DNA of 64,000 bases from Phyllobates terribilis (GCF_046119375.1 NW_027362761.1:775930001-775994000); one strand, 5' to 3'. Positions 44,702 to 58,846 are shown, counted from the first letter of the stretch. A program made the numbers and translations. Notes: generated by a model not told the origin, from the letters alone.

Positions 44702-44864
44702 AGAGATTGTTCCCTTTCAGTAAAAGAATGTCTCCGGCTGCAGGTTAGGAAACACTTACCAATGCTCTCTGTGTCTGGCCTGGGGAAGTTGAGTACAGTG
44801 TGGTTTGTTTCTTTATAATAACCTGCAACTGGGAACATCCATTTACTGAAAGGGATCAACCCCT
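44702..44864. mobile_element. TTAA-target MITE (T2/Kolobok-like)
   Basis: TTAA|AGAGATTGTTCCCTTTCAGTAAA...TTTACTGAAAGGGATCAACCCCT|TTAA. Confidence 0.85.
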
Positions 44865-45825
44865 TTAATCTTATATAGCTGTAAAATTAATCTTGTAGAA
44901 AATCTTGATTTCCTCCTACTTCAAGCAGGGTATAATTTGTAATAGAGATCCCTATCTGGTAAAGTGCGTGTAAGGGAATGGGCAGCAATGGCCTATGTGC
45001 TTTTAAATGCTAGGGCTGAATTTCAATCTCAGTCCAGCCTTTATTGATAAGGGTTCAGAACATTGAAATTATATATTCGGTAGAGTGCTTTCCTGCTTCA
45101 CAAAGGAGAAGGCAAATTAATTCTGATTCAACTGACATAATGGAAAAAGGTAAATGCTTTGTATCTAAGAAATTATACAAGCAAAGAGCAGGAAATGTCT
45201 GGAAGCTCATGGAATACAAAATACACACTTGTTACTTTTTATCATCAATGAATTCTGCATAGCTAAAGCACCTTAGAAGTTAGGAGAAAAAACTATCCAT
45301 ACTAAACATACAAGTTTATTCATCTTGCTTCCCAGGTCTGTGTGTCCACTAGCTGGGTTCAGTCTCTCAATCCTTATCCTCATGCATGTCACTTGACAAA
45401 CGGTAAGGTTTTAAATATTAGAGTTAGGACTGTCCCAAATAGGGTCAACATGACGTGGTGGGATGGCTTCTGCATTATTTTGATCAAAATTATGTTAACT
45501 AAGTACCCTATATTATTTTCATGCACTGTTGCGGTTTATTTATTTATTGCATGGTATTTGTGTATTGTGTTTCTGTCTTTGTTTTTTTTCTGTTTAATGG
45601 CCATGTGTGAACATGCTCTTACATGCTGCTTGCACATCAATATACATTCCAGTTCATTTCTTCAGGTTTTTGCATTATTCTATTGAAATTAATTAGAAAA
45701 TAATTATAAATGATTTAGTAGCATATTTTACGTAAGTTTTGGTATGGGTTTCTCACCATAATCCTGATCAAGAGACTATGTGAGTCAGGCCTATGGATGG
45801 TCTAAAAGGTGTTCTGTCAGTGTTA

Positions 45826-46006
45826 GACCACGTTCACACGTTCAGTATTTGATCAGTTTTTGTAAGCCAAAATCAGGAGTGGAACAGTCACAGGAAAAGT
45901 ATAATAGAAACACGTCATCACTTCTGTATTTATCACCCACTCCTAGTTTTGGCTGGCAAATGCTGATCTAAAATACTCACCAAATACTGAACATGTGAAC
46001 GTGGCC
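45826..46006. mobile_element. PIF/Harbinger-like MITE, TSD TTA
   Basis: TTA|GACCACGTTCACACGTTCAGTATTTG...CAAATACTGAACATGTGAACGTGGCC|TTA. Confidence 0.88.
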
Positions 46007-46524
46007 TTACACTGACAGCTCTAATGCAATGCATGTTTATTGCAATGCATTTGAGCAGTGTTGAGGCAAATAAAAGTTAAAGTCCCATAGAGGGACTAAG
46101 TAAAAAAATGAAAAATGTAATCCCCCTCCCCCACACAAAATAAAGAATTTCAAAATTTGTGAAAAAATATTACAGCAATAAATATGCATATTTTGTGTAA
46201 AAACAAAAAGTACACATATTTTGTATCAGAGCGGCCTTAAAAACCTCATTTATAAAATTGTCACACTATTTATCCCCTACACTAATAACGTCAAAAAAAT
46301 AGTAAAAAAAACATGGCAAAAACTATGATTTGTCATCATTGCACCGAACAAACAGTGGAATAAAATGTGATCAAAAAGTCATAGACATGTAAATAGACAT
46401 GTTATGCTTGAACACATCATTTGTCCTGTAAAAAAATAAGCCCCTCTTAGCTCTGTCAGTGGAAAAATAAAAGAAAGCTATAGTTCTCCAAATATATAAA
46501 TGCAAAAACAATTTTTTTTGTATA

Positions 46525-47837
46525 CCATATATACTCGAATATAAGCCGACCCGAATATAAAGCGAGGCACCTAATTTTACCACAAAAAACTGGGAAAACT
46601 TATTGACTCAAGTATAAGCCTAGGGTGGGAAATGCAGCAGCTACTGGTAAATTTCCACATCCTGGTAAGCATTGACCACTTATCACCAATCCTGGTATGC
46701 ATGGCCCCCCATCCCCAATCCTGGTATGCATGGCCCACTCATCCCCAATCCTGGTATGCATGGCCCACTCATCCCCAATCATGGTATGCATGGCCCCCTC
46801 ATCCCCAATCCTGGTATGCATGGCTCCCTCATCCCCCAATCCTGGTATGCATGGCCCACTCATCCCCAATCCTAATATGCATGGCCCACTCATCCCCAAT
46901 CCGGTATGCATGGCCCCCTCATCATCAATCCTGGTATGCATGGCCCCCTCATCACCAATCCTGGTATGCATGGCCCCCTCATCCTCAATACTGGTATGCA
47001 TGCCCCCCTCATCCCCAATCCTGGTAGGCATGAACCCCTGTACTGTTATATATGGACCCCTGTCCTGGTATACATGGACCCCTGTCCTGGTATGCATGGA
47101 CCCCTCATCCCCAATCCTGGTATGCATGGCCCCCCATCCTGGTATCCATGGCCCCCCATCCCCATCCTGGTAAGCATGGCCCCCCATCACTGCACACATG
47201 AAAAAAATAAACACTTCTACTCACCTTCCTTCCCTCTGCTCCAGCCCTGCGGTCTGTCTACTAGCAGCTGATTTCAGCACTGCCATGCGGCCTCAGACGC
47301 TGAGGTGAGCTGCGGGGATATTCACTCCTCTCCATTCCAGGACTATGGGTGTGGAGAAGAGCGAATATTCATTTTCTTTAATAGTGCACAGTGTCAACAG
47401 CAGCCGCAGCTCCTGCTGCGGCTCAGCGATCCTGTGTGCCTGCTGCTAAAGAGAATGAATATTCACTCTTCTCCACACCCAAGGGAGTGGAGAAGAGTTT
47501 ATATTCATTCTCTTTAGTAGCGGGCACAAAGGATTTCTGAGCCGCAGCAGGAAGCCGGAAGCTGCGGCTAAAGTGTGCGATATTAAAGAAAATGAATATT
47601 CACTCCTCTCAATGCCCATAGACGTGGAGAAGAGTGAATATTCATTTTCTTTAACAGCGGGCACACGTAGCTGCAGCAGCCAGCTACTACCTGTACACCG
47701 CTCCTCCGGCCCCGCAACACCCCCCCATAACCTTCAGCAGCCGTAATGTAAGTATATACTTGACTATAAGCCGAGGGGGGGCTTTTTCAGCATAAAAAAT
47801 GTGCTGAAGAAGTCGGCTTATACACGAGTATATACAG
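46525..47837. mobile_element. pogo/Tc2-like MITE, TSD TA
   Basis: TA|CCATATATACTCGAATATAAGCCGAC...GTCGGCTTATACACGAGTATATACAG|TA. Confidence 0.85.
46690..47180. repeat. 30-bp minisatellite, about 16 copies, inside the pogo/Tc2-like MITE
   Basis: Unit TGGTATGCATGGCCCACTCATCCCCAATCC. Confidence 0.95.
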
Positions 47838-48656
47838 TAATTTTTTTTTGTGTAAAAGCAGCAAAATATAAAAAAAAACATTAATGTGGTATTGCTGTAA
47901 TCGTGCTGACCTAAAGAATAAAGCTACCTTATTACTTTTACCACATGGTGAATGACATAAAAAAATCCCACTTCCCCAAAAAAACTGCTGATTTTCAGGT
48001 TTTTTTAATTATGCCTCCAAAAATTTGAATAGAAAATGATTGAAAAATGTAATGCAATCCAAAATGGTACCAATAAAATCTTCAATTCCACAAAAAACAG
48101 CTCTCACATGAATCTGTTAACAAAAAAATGGAAAAATTATAGTGCTCAAAATATAGTGATGCAAAAAACATTTTTAGTGTGTATGACAAAACCTAAAAAA
48201 CTATAAAAATCTTGTTTTGCTGTAATCATACTGATCTGAGGAATAAAGCTGTCTTATCACGCATACCACACAATAAATTGTGTAAAAAATAAATAAAAAC
48301 AATTCTTGAACTGCTGTTGATTTGTTCATTTTGCCTCCCAAAGCTTGACTCACATTTATCCTACCTTCTACATGTGAGCACTTAAATTAGGGTTTCTGTG
48401 AAAATCTCTGAAATACGTGATTCAGACAAAACCCTCAACAGAAGATTCACTATAATGAGGCAGATGGAGTCACTTTGGACTCAGTCTGGCCTATGATCCA
48501 GAGGTGTCTGTCTTTTTAAATCAGCCTGCCTCATTATAGTGCATAGGGTAGTTTGGGGTTTGATCTGAATTATGTACTGTATTTCAGAGATTTAGATAGA
48601 AATCTGTATGTAAGTGCTCAGTGTAGAGCACAGGATAAATATGAACTGAGCCATAA

Positions 48657-49043
48657 AGAAGCACTCCCATCAAAGTTTTTATCGTCTTAATGTATTGCAG
48701 TCATCATGTTATATACTACTGAGTGCTTACAATTGCTCATTTGTTTGCTTCTACCCAGTTAATTATTTTCTATTAGATCCATGACATTACAAGATTAAAA
48801 ACAAACTTGCTGAATTCTTCTGAGATCTATGTAGAAACAGGAAGTCTCTTTTCCCATGCACTGCAAAAGTCCCTGGCAGAAGGGAGGAACGGGAAAAGAG
48901 ATTTACTGTTTCTAAATAGAGCAGAGAAAAGAGAAAAATTAACTGGGTAGAAAGGCAAAATGAACAATTGTAAGTACACCGTGCTTTATAATATGATGAT
49001 TGCAATATATTAAGAGGATAAAAACTTTAATGGGAGTGCTTCT
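48657..49043. mobile_element. TTAA-target MITE (T2/Kolobok-like)
   Basis: AGAAGCACTCCCATCAAAGTTTTTATC...GATAAAAACTTTAATGGGAGTGCTTCT|TTAA. Confidence 0.85.
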
Positions 49044-52000
49044 TTAAAAGTGATCATAAATGTTTTGTACCCCAAAATGGTAGCAATAAAAGCATAAACT
49101 CAAACCTAAAAAACAAGTCTCTATTCAGATCCGTCATCTGTTAACGGAAATATAGTGGGCTTCCATGATGCTGGTAGCAGAAAGGCTCTGGAAAAGTGCC
49201 ATGTCTCCCCTCCAAAAGAAATCCAGTGAAATATGCACTCCCAAATCCCCCCTTCCTATTCTGAGCCTCACACTGTATCTAAGCCACAGTTAGCATACAC
49301 GTTTGGCATTACTGTAGCAAGGAGAGCTCACTTAATTTATCAAGTGCGTGTCACCAGAACTATAAGCTGGGCACACTGTACTGGGCACTGCAATGTATTG
49401 GGCACTACAATGTATGGGCAATACAATGACATATTTGCAATTTTCACTCTGTAACATTCAAGGCATGTTTGTTTCTTGAAAACACTCATGGAGTCAAAAT
49501 GGTCACTACACCAGTAGATGAATTCCAAGAAGGGTGTAATTTTCAAAATGTGGTCACTTAAGGGGGTGTCTGCTGTTCTAGCACTTAGGTGCTTTGCATA
49601 TAGAGTCTACAAGCTATTCAAGGAAAAACTGTGTTCCAAAAGTAATTTTGCGCTCTTTCCTTCAGGAGCCCTGCCGTATGGCTAAACAGTACTATATTGC
49701 CACATATGGGGTATTGCTACTATGGAGAAATTGTGTATCAAATTATGGGGCAATTTTTACCTATTTGCCTTTGTGAAATTGGAAAAGCTTGGCTAAAACA
49801 ACATTTTAGTGGTAAAAGAGTAATTTTTTCTTCATCGTCCAATGGTATAAAATTCTGTGGTATACCTGTCAATATGCTCTAGCCTTAGATAAATTCATTG
49901 AGGGGTGTGGTTTGTAAAATGGGTTCACTTATGGGAAGGTTCTGATCTGGCGCTGCAGGGGCTCTGCCAATGTGGCACAGCACCCGCAAACCTTTCTAGC
50001 AAAATCTGCTCTCCAATATGGCACTCCTATCCCTTCTGAGCTGTGCTCTGTGACTGAAAAGTAGTTTTCGACCACATATTGGCCTACTCAGGAAAAATTG
50101 AATAACAATTTATGTGGCTCATTTTCTCATATTAGCCCTTTTGAAAATTAAAAACTTTTGGCTAAAACAGCATTTTAGTTGAAATATGTAATTTTTTTTA
50201 TTTTCACAGCATAATGTTATAAAATTTTGTGAATCAACTGAGGTTTAAAATGCACACTTGACCCCTAGATGAATTCCTCGAGAGGTATAATTGCCAATAA
50301 GGGGTCACTTGTGGGGGTTTCTACTGTTTTGGCATCTCAGAGGCTCTCCAAATGTGACAAGTCAATCCAGTCTATCAAAAATTGTTTACCAAAACTGAAA
50401 TGATTCTCCTTCCCTTCCGATCCCTGCCAGGTGCCCAAACATTAGTTTCTGACCACAGAAATATTTTATTTTCATGACCCAATATTATAAAATTCTGTGA
50501 AGCAGCTGTAGATTTTACATGGTCATCGCACCCACCTATAAATTTATTAAGGGGTGTAGTTTACAGAAGGAGGTCACTTGATGGGGTTTTCTGCTGTTTT
50601 TGCACCTCCGAGACTGCAACATGGTGTCTGCAATCCGTCCGTATTTATGTACTCAGGAGGAATTTCACAACAAATTGTGCTGTCTATTTTCTCCTTTTAC
50701 CCTTGTGAAAATTTGGGGCTAAAGCGACATTTTAGCAAAGAAAAAATGAAATGTTTCTTTTCCTTCTTCCAATTTGCATTAATTCCTGTGAAGCACCCAA
50801 ACAAGCTTTCTGAATGTAGTTTTGATTAGGCTGAGTGGTTCAAATTTTAAATGGAGTCTTGTTTGTATGTTTTGTTATATATAGACCCCTCAAAGTCACT
50901 TCAGAAGTGAAGTGGTTCTTAAAAGTGTAGGTTTTGTAAATTTTAATATAAATAAACTGACTATTCGCGCTTTGGCTAAAAGGGACAATATATGGGTAAG
51001 TGATAATAGCCTATACAGCCTGGCTTATTCATAGATAAATATATGGAAAAAATTAGTAACATAAATGCATTATTTATGTGAGAAAGGTCAAACAGCACAA
51101 GATGATACTCGTTCTTAGGCCAATAGTAAAAAATTAATTTGTCCTCAATTACCCCATTAAAAGGGAACCTGTCAACACAATTTCACATACTCAAGTAGTG
51201 GTATGGCTGTATTGGTGCTTTTCCTACAATACAAATACCTTTTTTTGTAGAGATCTGAAGTGCCAGTACTCTAACCTTATTCTGCAGGATAAGATGTATA
51301 TTGAACAGAATGGAGACATGCTTGGCTGTTTCTATAACAAACCCAACTTCCTGGAAGCCACTGTCGGTGGCTAACAGAATGGGTGTTGGGGGACCCCACT
51401 TGTCTTAATAGGTGGGTGTCCCAAATATGGACGCCTTTAGGGATGGGATGCAAACCACCCAGTTTGTTGGCCCTGTAACTCAGAGAGGTAGTACTCAAGA
51501 AAACTCCCTAAGCTCCTTGTGACAGAGTACAGTGCTTATGAAGCAAAAGCTAAATGTGCAGCTTATCAGTTACATCTGCACAGTCGTCTGTCCCGGCTCT
51601 GCAGTCTTTTGTATGCAACATATTTACATAAGTATACAGTAGCCTACGGCTGTATATCGAGCTGGATATGTTTTTTTACAGTGACCTGCGTACCTGGATG
51701 TGTCAGGAACCTCCCATTGCATTGTTGTTTTCAAAATGCTATATGATACCCTAATTAAAGATTTCAGTTGGCTAAGGTGCAAAAAGTACCAATATACAGT
51801 ATGTGCAATCTGTAAGAAAACTAGAATATAGTAAAGGGGTACTTTTTGGTATTGCATGTCTTATGTTGTACTAATAGGAACTAAAGAATGTTCTTCAGTT
51901 CTTTCCTTTTAAATAAAGATGAAAATATTATTTGTTACCATGGTTTTTTATACAGATTATCTGAGTCACATACTATAGACTGTTCAGGAAAGACTGTTCT

Positions 52001-53189
52001 GCCTTCAGGCATTCCCACACCCTTTTGGAACGTACCTAACCTACCAGTAATTCTATGATGTTCTCTCGACATGTGGGTAATGCATGCAGAGAACAGAACT
52101 GAGTCACAGGTCACCAGATCATGAAATGCAAAGTTTTCACTGCAAAAAAATATCAGGTTAGCTATTCAGATCTTATAAAAACAATTGTAACTATATTTTT
52201 CTACTTTTTCAAATTATGTAGTTTTTCATGTATTGCTTTTATTCTCACAATATATACTAACTCTTTTAGGGAAATAGATATTATTTTGCTGTTTATTTGC
52301 AGAAACTATTTTTTGCAAATGTTTAATCATCTATAAAATAGTTTATTTGGTTCAGATATTTACTAGAGCGATTAACGTGTGTACACACACTTCTGTACCC
52401 TGTGTAGTAGCTGCTCACAGGTACTGCAGATCAGACCCCATTGAAGTATATAGAACAGGTAGCATCTAAATATACAGTAGAGTATGTAGGATCACAACAT
52501 TCATAGTAGGTAAGAGTCACAACCCACATCCACCCTGCGCAGTGCCTTCTGCACAGATCACATAGCATCCCTAGAAAACTTACACATAGAAATCAAATTA
52601 ACATCTCTAGACAGCTGTTACTTATGGTCCTTGTTTTTGCTGTAAAGCATATCTCTAAATTATGACAACAGCAGTTCAGGTATGGCAGCTGCCACAATTT
52701 TCATGTAAAATAAAAATATAATTGGTAAAAAATGAATTCCATCACTATTTGGTTCTAATTAGTAAAAATAAAATAATAGATGATACATTTATTTTAGTAT
52801 CTCTTTTTTTTCTGGATAAGTGCACTAATGAAGCGGTATGAACCAAGTCTCTTAAAAAACTTTCCATCATCCTTGAATTAAAAAAAACTCCCAGAATGCT
52901 TCAAATTAAAAAGTATATTACCTTATTGACCCCCTCGAATCCATCACTGACTTTTTTGTTCCCCAGATTCCAAACTTTCTTTTACAACCAGATGGTCTGT
53001 GACCAATTTACACGCCCTCTTAAAATGTCAGTTTTTTGTCATATATTATACAACAACCCATTTGGATCACAAACATCATGATTAGAGGTTCAAAAGTGGG
53101 AACAGTGCCCCTTTTGTCCACCAAAAACAACTCCATATACATGCAATAATTTATAACAAGGAGAAAAATGGAGCCTTCAATAGCTTAGA

Positions 53190-53608
53190 ATGATTATTCA
53201 AATTTTATTACATATAAAGATTAAAATCAGTAACAAAAAACACCCATATAACATTTATGCACAAAAAAGTGATCAACACAGACCTCAGGTTGTGAGTAAC
53301 CAGTGGCGCCAATTACAATGTGGTATCATGAATAGTGACTATGCCACAAGGGCATTCCTATACATAGCACATACTGATAGTATCTAATGAGTCCATAAGT
53401 TAAACCCTGAGCCAAAGGGAAGGTATAGTACCTAGTACATCTTGGTAGTTATCAATAGGCTCAATGGAGAATACATATTAAATAATTGGACTCATGAACA
53501 TACCCAGCAGTTGGAGATGGACGCCAATGGGACAGTCAAGCTGGTGAGAAGATTCCCCAGGTCCCCTAGGCACGTTTCGCTTGTACAAATGACCGCTTCA
53601 TCATGGGG
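53190..53608 (-). mobile_element. Possible Penelope-like or retrozyme 3' tail with a degenerate hammerhead-like motif at 53563-53608
   Basis: Minus strand CCCC-ATGATGA-AGC...GC-GAAA-CGTGCC-TA-GGGG, followed by a T-rich tail ending in AATAAAA. Confidence 0.4.
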
Positions 53609-55082
53609 AATGTAAAAAAAATGTAGCCAAGAAAAATAATTTCAAAACTTGTTCCACCTTTATTGCTACCCATAATCTGTACAAATTCGTTGAGAAACAA
53701 ACTGATATCAGTTTGAAGGGAAAATAAAAATAACAAAACTAAAAGAATGTGATTGCATAAGTGTGCACACAATTTTATACTTAGGGATGTGGTTGTGTTC
53801 AGAATTAGCCAAGCATATTTAAACTCATGTTAAATAGTAGTCAGTACACAGCTACCATCATTTAAATTGATTCTGATTAACTCCATAAAAAGTTTAGCTG
53901 TTCCAGTAGGATTTTCCAAATATTTTCTTTGTTGCATTTCACAGCAAAAGCCGTGGTCCATAAACTGCTTTCAACACAGCAAACGGATCTCAATGTTGAA
54001 AGTTATCAGTCAGGAGAAGGGTACAAAAAATTTCCTAGACATTAGATGTACCGTGGAACACTGTGAAGATGGTCAACAAGAAGTGGCTTAAATTTGGCAC
54101 AACATTAACATTATCTAGAACTGGGTGTTCATAAGAAATTGATGAAAAGACAAGAAGAAAATTGGTCTGGGATGCTGCCAAGAGGCCTAAATCAGCATTA
54201 AAGGAGCTGTTGGAATTTCTGGGAAGTACTGGTTATGCACTGCATGTGACAACATTCCCCCGAATTCTTCAATGTCTGGCCTGTGGAGTAGGGTGTAAAG
54301 ACAGAAGTTTTGTTTGCAAAAAAAATTCCATCCAAGCCTGACTATGTTTAGCTAAAATCTACATTAATTCTGTCAAAAGCATGTGGGGAAATGTGTTATG
54401 GTCTGATGATACCAAGGTTGAACTTTTCATTCATAATTCCAAAGGCTATGTTTGGTGCAAAGCTAACACTGTGCAACACTAAATGAACATCATACTCACA
54501 GTGAAGTATGGTGGAGGCAGCATTATGCTTTGTGGCTGTTTTTTGGCAGCTGAAACATGGGTTTAAGTCAAAGTGAAGATAATTATTAACAGTTCCAAAT
54601 ATCAGTCAATTTTGTTTAAAAACCTTCAGGCCTCTGCTAAAAAGCTGACGATGAAGAGGAATTTCATCTTTCAGCATGACAATGATCCTAAGCATACCTC
54701 TAAATCAACAAAAGAATGGCTTTGCCAGAAGAAGATCACTGCTTTGTAATGGATCAGTTAGAGCCCAGACCTGACTCCAATTGACAAGCTGTGGATTAAC
54801 TTGCCCTTTCCCTAGTTGCTCTTACAATTTGACTAATTGAAACCACTATTTCATGGAAGATTGGGCAAAGATTGCTAATTCTAGATGTGCTACGCTGATA
54901 GGCTCCTACCTAAAAACACTGAATGCTGCAATAAATTCAAAGACTTCTTCAATAAAGTATTAGTTTAAGGGTTTTCATATTTATGCAACCACATTATTTT
55001 AGTTCTTTTTTTTTGTCTTCCACCCAAAAAGATTTCAGTTTATTTTTCATATGAATTATAAAGACTACAGGTTACATTAAGG
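53609..55082 (+). mobile_element. Decayed Tc1-like transposon with long inverted repeats, both ends truncated. Transposase pseudogene about 53950-54950.
   Basis: KSYQSGEGYKK, WGNVLWSDDTKVELF, VKYGGGSIM, FQHDNDPKHTSKSTKEW. 53610-53770 is an inverted match to 54965-55082. Confidence 0.88.
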
Positions 55083-55996
55083 GTGAGGCGGAAGGCAGTT
55101 CCCTGGGGAAGGCTGACAGTCCTGAGGAGAGTTGGCCATATGTGGTAGAAGTGGAAAGCATTGCGGACATTGCAGCGGACAGACCTTGCAGCTGGGTTGC
55201 CACCACATTGATGGCCTGCATCATATGGTCCTGATGCCCACGTTGGGAGCACACTTCCTTGTACAATACTTGCTCGTTTGACTTGGGATCTCTGGGTCCC
55301 GATTTCTCAGCGGGGTCCATGTCCTGAATGTACTGTAACGCGGATGGGTGTGGACCCGCTGCACCATGGGTTGTACTTACCTTGGAAGCGTCTAACTAAG
55401 TGACTACCTGGTATTCACTTGAGCTTCTGATGGTGAGGGTAGGCTTGGCCACAGGTATTACCACTTCAAAGCAGTCCCCGGATCTACATCGGCTTACCGG
55501 AGAGTCAGAGGCAAGAATACAAGGTACAGGGGGACAAAGGCTAAGACAGGGTCAAACAGGCCGAGATGAGGGCAGGCAGCACAGGTTCAATATATGTAGC
55601 CGAGCTCAGGAGTGGAGAAATCAGGATAAATGGTAAACGACCCAGGTCAATAACAGGGGAGAGAGAACAAACATGCACAAGCAGAAACCAGAGACAAACT
55701 ACTAGGAACCTAGGTTAAGCAAGGAGTGGTGGGAGGAGCTGACTAATAAACCCCCTGCTGCCTAGGGATTGGCTAGGGAAATAAAAATCTACAGGACACA
55801 AGTAGTCAAGTTCCTGCAAAATCTGGCCACTCTTCCCTATAGCCAAGTGGAGACTCACCAGCAGCAGTAGGATGCAACAGAGTTAGAAATGGTGCAAGAG
55901 GCAGCTCAGTGAGATGACCCAAGACTGGGAGGAGTAGAGTGGTGACCGCAGTGAGTAGTGCAGCGCTAACTGCTCGTGCGAGTCACCGACATGACA
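55083..55996 (-). mobile_element. Truncated Gypsy F: 5' LTR (55334-55996) plus start of gag
   Basis: Minus-strand TGTCATG...GTTACA, then 13 nt to the ATG at 55320 of MDPAEK...QDHMMQAINVVATQLQGL, the same layout as element C. Confidence 0.75.
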
Positions 55997-58846
55997 CTGA
56001 GTTACATACACTCCAAGATATCAGATCCTAATCTAGTGAATATTCTTACATATTTATGAATCTACTGAAGTGTAAACCACTTTATAAAGCTTTTAGGAAA
56101 GTGGAAAGTGTTCACTAAATGTTTACTCATCATCTCCTGGGGAATGCAGTACACACTGTGCTACTATACTATGGTTGTTCTATGCTTCTATTCTTTGTTG
56201 AAACATTCACGTTATATTTTGAAATCTCTTAAAATATGGATTATGACCTGAACCTTTTCTGTATAAATAAACCTTTTCGTGACAACCAGCACAAAAAGAT
56301 TCAGCATTTATCGGGTTACTTCAAATCAGAGCCTCGGAAACTTGTAAACTTTGTCACTAGTGGCTTTAAATAGTATGTCAGACTGTAGGAAACCACAACA
56401 CCCTCTTTTATGCTTACACATACTTAAAGGCATTGTGGTACAGCAGGACAAAGAAAAAACTGTATTGTCCATGTTATGGCAACATGGAGTTTACGATGTT
56501 TATGAAAAAAAAATCTCTGTAGCACCAGGTTTGTGACTCATTGTTTCACTCTCACCGGTTGACTTTTCTGTTGTCAATAACAGTCACTAGTTCCCAAATT
56601 ATGTGTTACCAGCCAGGACCTAGGCTCAAAATGTGACTCATATTTGGTTAAATAATGTTTTATAGTTTTCCACTTTCATAATATCCAAATTGTTTAGATT
56701 TCCTGACAATGTGTCTTTAAGTGATATTCTCAATACAACCCAAATTTTAAATTAGAATTGTTAACCAGTCTAAGCTGTATTGGAATTAGGAGTAGGCCTG
56801 TTCTAAAAAGATAAGGTGAATTAACAAAGTAAGTGCTTACAAGCAGAAACCTGTTTGTCGGAGAACTTCATTCACCTCTACTGGGTCATTTTCAAGACGA
56901 TTCACTAGAGACTTTAGGACAAAACTGCATTAGTGGAGCCTAAGTACGTCATAATGATGAGCGTGTCTCAGAAGCATGTTCCAGCAAAGCAAAAATGTAG
57001 GAATAAATCTGCCTGCTGCACTTAATTCAATGGATTTTCTTTTGTCACCTTGTAGAGAACGGTTTTATTTTTCATGTTTGAGTGTCATCACTTGTCTGGA
57101 ATAATAGCTTCATTTCCAGAGATACTGAAAATTTGTAATTTAATTTTCTTCTGTACAAAAATGCTTTCTAATTATTATACAGTAAAAAGCTCAATGCTCT
57201 AATTCGCAAAAAGCTCCATAATAGGAATCTAAATAGGAGATTCTGCAATAGGATAGAATTTTTTTAGAGAAATGGTGGAAAGCAACATCAGTTCCTCTGG
57301 TTATGCTGTACTGAGAGTGGAATACCCCTATAAGTTAATTATTTGTGAGAAGCTACTCATTCCCTGACACTCTGGTGGCTCTCACTGTAAATAAAGGCAA
57401 TTACCTTCACATATTCACTACATGCATTTATTCTATCATTAGAATATTTGTACAAACACTCAACAGGCAAATGCTTTTTTTGGATTGTACTTGTACTTGA
57501 GGTTCTTTTTTTTCCCTGGCCTTAACCTTTTATCTGATTGAAACAAAGCATATGACTGTCTTTTTTTTAGGTGCATGTAATAATAGATAAGCAAAATGAT
57601 GTAACCTACTCTTAAGTCTCATTTAACCCTGCTTTATCAGTATGACACCAAGTCAACTTTCGACCATAACAAATGTCATATGCTAAAGCAACCAACATGC
57701 GGTGATGCAAATCAACCAGAAATGTTACGTTAAGCAATACAATTTATGTTCCGTGAGCTTCCCTGGAAATATGTACTTTGGTTCCTGCCACTTTACATGT
57801 GAGCACACAAGCTCACAGTTCTGAGCACTGTCACAATATACAATTTGACGATCCATGCATTTCTCTGTCATTCCTATAGGCGTGATAGTATATGGTTTAT
57901 AGCCTGCTGTTGCTAACATAAAACACGTAGATGACTATTTGTAAAGTTTGTACATACTGACCTGTACTTGTGTCTGTGTCTCTAATGTGCAGCTCTCACA
58001 CACTTTTCTCAGGCGGTGTGCTTTTCATTCTAATCCCTTCCTTTTTCCCTCCAGTGTTTAAAGAAGTCACATTGTGTAACAGGACTTCTATGCACATGCT
58101 TTCCTGAATACTTTAGATTGGTTTAGTTGGCTGCCACTCAACTTTAACTCAAATCCATTCACAGTCTGTTCTGTTCGGTAAAATGACACTGAATCATGTA
58201 ACCACAGTAATCATGTGAATTATGACTAACTAAGTCCTGACTGTGAATTCTATGTTTTATAGATTACATGTGGTTTGTAGCAATCTAGATCTGTATAATA
58301 TTCCAGATAGTAATGGGTTGAATAACTGCAGCACTGAAGAAGATGAGAGTAGTAGGCTGTAAATAATGCAAATATTCAATTGATGGGGTGGGTGAGAGAG
58401 TTAGGAGAGGTGCCAGCAGCCCTACCAGACTCGGTGTGATTGATCAATAATATGGTGTAGCTGGTATCTGTCCTGCTGCATTTTTAATTACAATTACACA
58501 TTTTTTTCCATATTCATAATGCACTAAAAAGCAGAAGCAAGACAGCACAATAATTTTAACAGAAAAAAAAGCTGTAAGCAGTGTCAGGCAGTGAGTATGT
58601 GCTAGCTTGTCATAAGTCGTTTAATAGCTTGTTTAGACAGGTAGACTGCACTTAACAGTGCGCTCTGAACAATTGTATAATGCCACAAATTGGATAATGT
58701 AAAATGCAACTTACCTTTTCTTAAGTGTCATGAATGCATTTTACATTGTCATTTTTGAATTCTGTTTCATAAATTGTAGTCACAACAAAGATTTTTGATA
58801 GAAAGAGTCAATGAGGACACCGGAAAGAGAGAGGGGGGGTTGCACA

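Larger units (their letters stand above)
46060..50880. mobile_element. Long AT-rich non-autonomous DNA-transposon body with diverged internal modules, interrupted by MITEs. Boundaries approximate.
   Basis: Recurrent ...GATGAATTC...GGGTGTA.TTT.CAAAATGGGGTCACTT..GGGG modules near 49520, 49900, 50270 and 50550. Resembles the body of 10716-11823. Confidence 0.45.

Noticed and set aside
46600-47271. ORFs on both strands over the 30-bp array
   Set aside because: The unit length is divisible by 3 and mostly lacks stops, so open frames are expected without coding function.
58030-58185. Strong acceptor at about 58053 suggesting a coding exon
   Set aside because: All three frames hit stops before the first plausible donor. 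It could only be non-coding and has no other support.
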